64,000 nucleotides of DNA from positions 608,001-672,000 of the forward strand of contig CAVTBU010000006.1 of NCBI GenBank assembly GCA_963733035.1, read 5' to 3'. The stretch comes from Pirellulales bacterium. Lineage in GTDB: Bacteria; Planctomycetota; Planctomycetia; Pirellulales; PALSA-1355. Below, one piece after another: positions 61,340 to 64,000 of this stretch. Under the pieces are notes generated by a model. That model worked only from the letters and a program-made list of their open reading frames with translations. It searched no databases and was not told the origin of the DNA. The position numbers and the translations under genes are program-made. Positions within the stretch are counted from its first letter, which is position 1; the number at the start of each line of letters is the position of its first letter.

Positions 61340-61585
61340 ATGTCTGTCCAGATGGAGCAGAAAGTCACCTCTTTTGAAATCGCCGCGATTGCGGAAGCTC
61401 GACTCAACGCCAGCTCGCACCCAGCCCTGCGAAACGTCTCCTGCAAATGTGTGAGTGGTGTTCTTGTGCTTCAGGGTCGCCTGAACAGCTTTTTTCACAC
61501 GCAGTTGGCCCAGGAGACGGTTGCCAAGATCAAGGGCGTCGAACGAGTCGTCAATCAGATCGAAGTGCTCGGCCGTGCGATGTGA
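61340..61585 (+). CDS. Small single-BON-domain protein
   Basis: AAGGA RBS; LRNVSC...GVLVLQGRLNSFFHTQLAQETV..IKGVERVVNQIEV. Confidence 0.8.
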   Translation: MSVQMEQKVTSFEIAAIAEARLNASSHPALRNVSCKCVSGVLVLQGRLNSFFHTQLAQETVAKIKGVERVVNQIEVLGRAM

Positions 61586-61907
61586 CGGGAATTGCCGATA
61601 CCAGTATTTGCGTGGTACGACGCACAGGCAGATTCTTTCCCCCCCGACCGGTCCGTTCTCCGAACGCTCGCGCCATCAGGATCAAGCCAGGCTCGACTCA
61701 GGGCGGCGGTCGTTGGAACGACACGTTGTCACAGGTTACTATCAGGGTGTCCTTTGCCGTGTTCCGCGATGGATCCCACCGCGCGCGGATGGCATGAGCC
61801 AAAGGTACACGTAGTGGGGAAAGCCGACTCGAATCGGTTTTGCGCGGAGAATGTCGCCCGCGAAATACCGTTGTCAGGCACCCAGTTCGCTTCCACTGGA
61901 GAACCTG

Positions 61908-63562
61908 ATGATACGCAGTTGTACGTTGGCCCTCTGGGCCTGTCTGTTGATTCCCACCACGGTCTTGGCGGCGGATGCAAGGCGGCCCAACATTCTGTTT
62001 GCGTTTGCTGATGATTGGGGAAGGCACGCCGGCGCGTACGCCAAACTGGATGGGCCTGGCACGCTCAACGACGTTGTCCGCACGCCCAACTTCGATCGCA
62101 TCGCGCGCGAGGGGGTGTTGTTTCGCAGCGCTTTTGTCTCGGCGCCAAGCTGCACACCCTGCCGCAGTGCGCTATTGTCGGGCCAGCATTTTTGGCGCAC
62201 TGGGCGCGGCGGATCTTGCGCGGCGCTGTGTGGGACGGCTCGCAACCAGCCTTTCCTTTGCTACTGCACGCGGACGGCTATCACATCGGCGAGACGTACA
62301 AGGTCTGGAGTCCGGGCCGACCCAACGATGCACCCTACGGGGCAGGCAAGTACGGATATGAGAAAGCCGGCGGACAGTTCAATCAGTTCTCGCAAAACGT
62401 GGCCAAGCTCGTTTCGCAGGGGGTGCCACTCCAAGAAGCCAAGGAGAAGCTGTACCGGCAAGTGATCGACAATTTTGACGCATTCCTGAACGCGCGGCAT
62501 CCCGATCAACCCTTCTGCTATTGGTTCGGACCAACGAACGTGCATCGTAAGTGGGTTGCCGGTTCCGGAAAGTCGCAGTGGGGAATCAACCCCGACGACT
62601 TTCAAGGTAAGCTGCCGCCATTTCTGCCCGATGTTCCCCAGGTGCGCCAGGATTTGGCAGATTATTTCGGCGAGATTCAGGCCTTCGATACGGCGTTGGG
62701 CCGATTGGTCAAACGGTTGGAAGACACCGGCGAACTCGACAACACGCTGATCGTCGTCAGCGGCGATCATGGCGCGCCCGGATTTCCGCACGGCAAGTGC
62801 AACCTGTACGATTTTGGGGCCAGCGTTCCGTTGGCGATCCAATGGGGCGGCGCACGTGGTGGTCGCGTCGTCGACGATTTGGTGAGTCTGACCGATTTGG
62901 CGCCCACATTTCTGGAGGTTGCGGGCGTTGCAGTGCCGGACAACATGACGGGAAAGAGCCTGGTGAACGTGCTTCAGTCGGATCGATCAGGGCAAGTCGA
63001 CCCCGCGCGAGACGCCGTATTCATCGGACGCGAACGCCACGTGGAGAATGCGCGTGCCGATTATGCACCCTATCCTCAGCGGGCCATTCGCACGCATGAC
63101 TTTCTCTACATCGTCAACTTCCGGCCGGATCGTTGGCCGCTGGGCGATCCCTATCGCCTCGACTCTGACAATCCGCCTACCACCGAGGAAGTGACGGAGA
63201 ATACACGCTGCACACTCCCCGATGAAGATGCCGGGCCGACGAAGGCCTGGCTGGTAAGTGTGCGAAATGATCCTCGCTGGAAATCGCATTTCGAGTGGGT
63301 CTACGGCAAGCGGCCCCGTGCGGAGCTATACGACCTGAAGACGGATCCGTATCAAGTGAAGAACGTGGCGGACATTCCAGCGTATGCCAAGACGCGCGAG
63401 CAACTAGAGCAGCGGCTGCTCGCCGAGTTGCGGCGTACCGGCGATCCGCGGATGGTGGACGGTGGCCGCTTCTTCGAGACGCCGCCGATGGCGGGTCCTG
63501 TCGACGATCGGTCGGCCGAAATACGGAAAAGCAAACGCCGCGCATCATCTGTTCAAAACTAG
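61908..63562 (+). CDS. Exported sulfatase (formylglycine-dependent), frameshifted near 62210
   Basis: Signal peptide, [27 protein letters not shown] (CxPxR); a second frame has [23 protein letters not shown]. Confidence 0.88.
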
Positions 63563-63627
63563 CAGGCAGGGGCCGAACCATAAGTAAGAAGCATCAACCG
63601 TTCGAGATACAGCCAGCCGGAGTGAAC

Positions 63628-64000
63628 ATGAAACCGTTGCTTTGTTTTGTCGCGGCGATTTGCGCCTTGGTTGGCACGGCGAGTGCCTTCGGTGCCGCGC
63701 CGCGCCCGCCGAATATCCTTTTCATCATCGTCGACGATCAGTCCCCCTTCGATCTGCGTGTCTACGAGCCGACTTCTGCCCTGCAGACTCCCGCAATCGA
63801 TCGCCTGGCGGCCGAGGGAATGGTGTTTGACGGCGCACATCACATGGGGGCATTCACGGGTGCGGTCTGCACGCCGTCGCGGCACATGGTTATGAGTGGG
63901 CGGACAGTATGGCACTTGCCGATCGGTCCAGGCGCCCAGAGCCACTGTCCGCCCGAACTTGAGCAGAATACGTTAGGGGCGGTCTTCAATCGTGCGGGTT
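63628..64000 (+). CDS. Exported sulfatase, 5' part only (runs off the window)
   Basis: Manual translation MKPLLCFVAAICALVGTASAFGAAPRPPNILFIIVDDQ...TPAIDRLAAEG...VCTPSR. Confidence 0.88.
   Translation, partial: MKPLLCFVAAICALVGTASAFGAAPRPPNILFIIVDDQSPFDLRVYEPTSALQTPAIDRLAAEGMVFDGAHHMGAFTGAVCTPSRHMVMSGRTVWHLPIGPGAQSHCPPELEQNTLGAVFNRAG

Overview
A GC-rich, gene-dense chromosomal segment, most likely from a planctomycete (Pirellulales-like). The taxon is inferred from gene content: a prenyltransferase/squalene-oxidase-repeat protein, DUF1573, sulfatases, a HisA-like protein and archaeal-type ProRS. Most of the window is housekeeping: metF, an RpoD-family sigma factor, an AtuA/carboxyltransferase/crotonase cluster, rpmG, yhaM-rnr-gcvTHP, proS, a wecA/O-antigen-ligase/DUF1573/tetraheme-cytochrome cluster, nusA-infB-rbfA-...-yebC, rpmF-fabD-fabG-acpP-fabF, mdh, recJ, pcm and tRNA-Pro(CGG). 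An accessory-looking tail follows the tRNA (decayed SMI1/KNR4 gene, BON protein, two sulfatases). The most intriguing element is the fatty-acid locus. It has no fabH or plsX, and it continues into a secretin-like exported protein and a second ketosynthase whose catalytic Cys is Glu and whose second His is Asn. Other oddities are a Spy/CpxP-like exported protein with a long His/Arg/Gly tail, several apparent pseudo-enzymes, and a paralogous pair of membrane proteins sharing three copies of an unnamed domain. Six genes are split by single frameshifts, most likely assembly indel errors. I saw no CRISPR array, rRNA, integrase or transposase. All family calls come from motif recognition by eye, not database searches.
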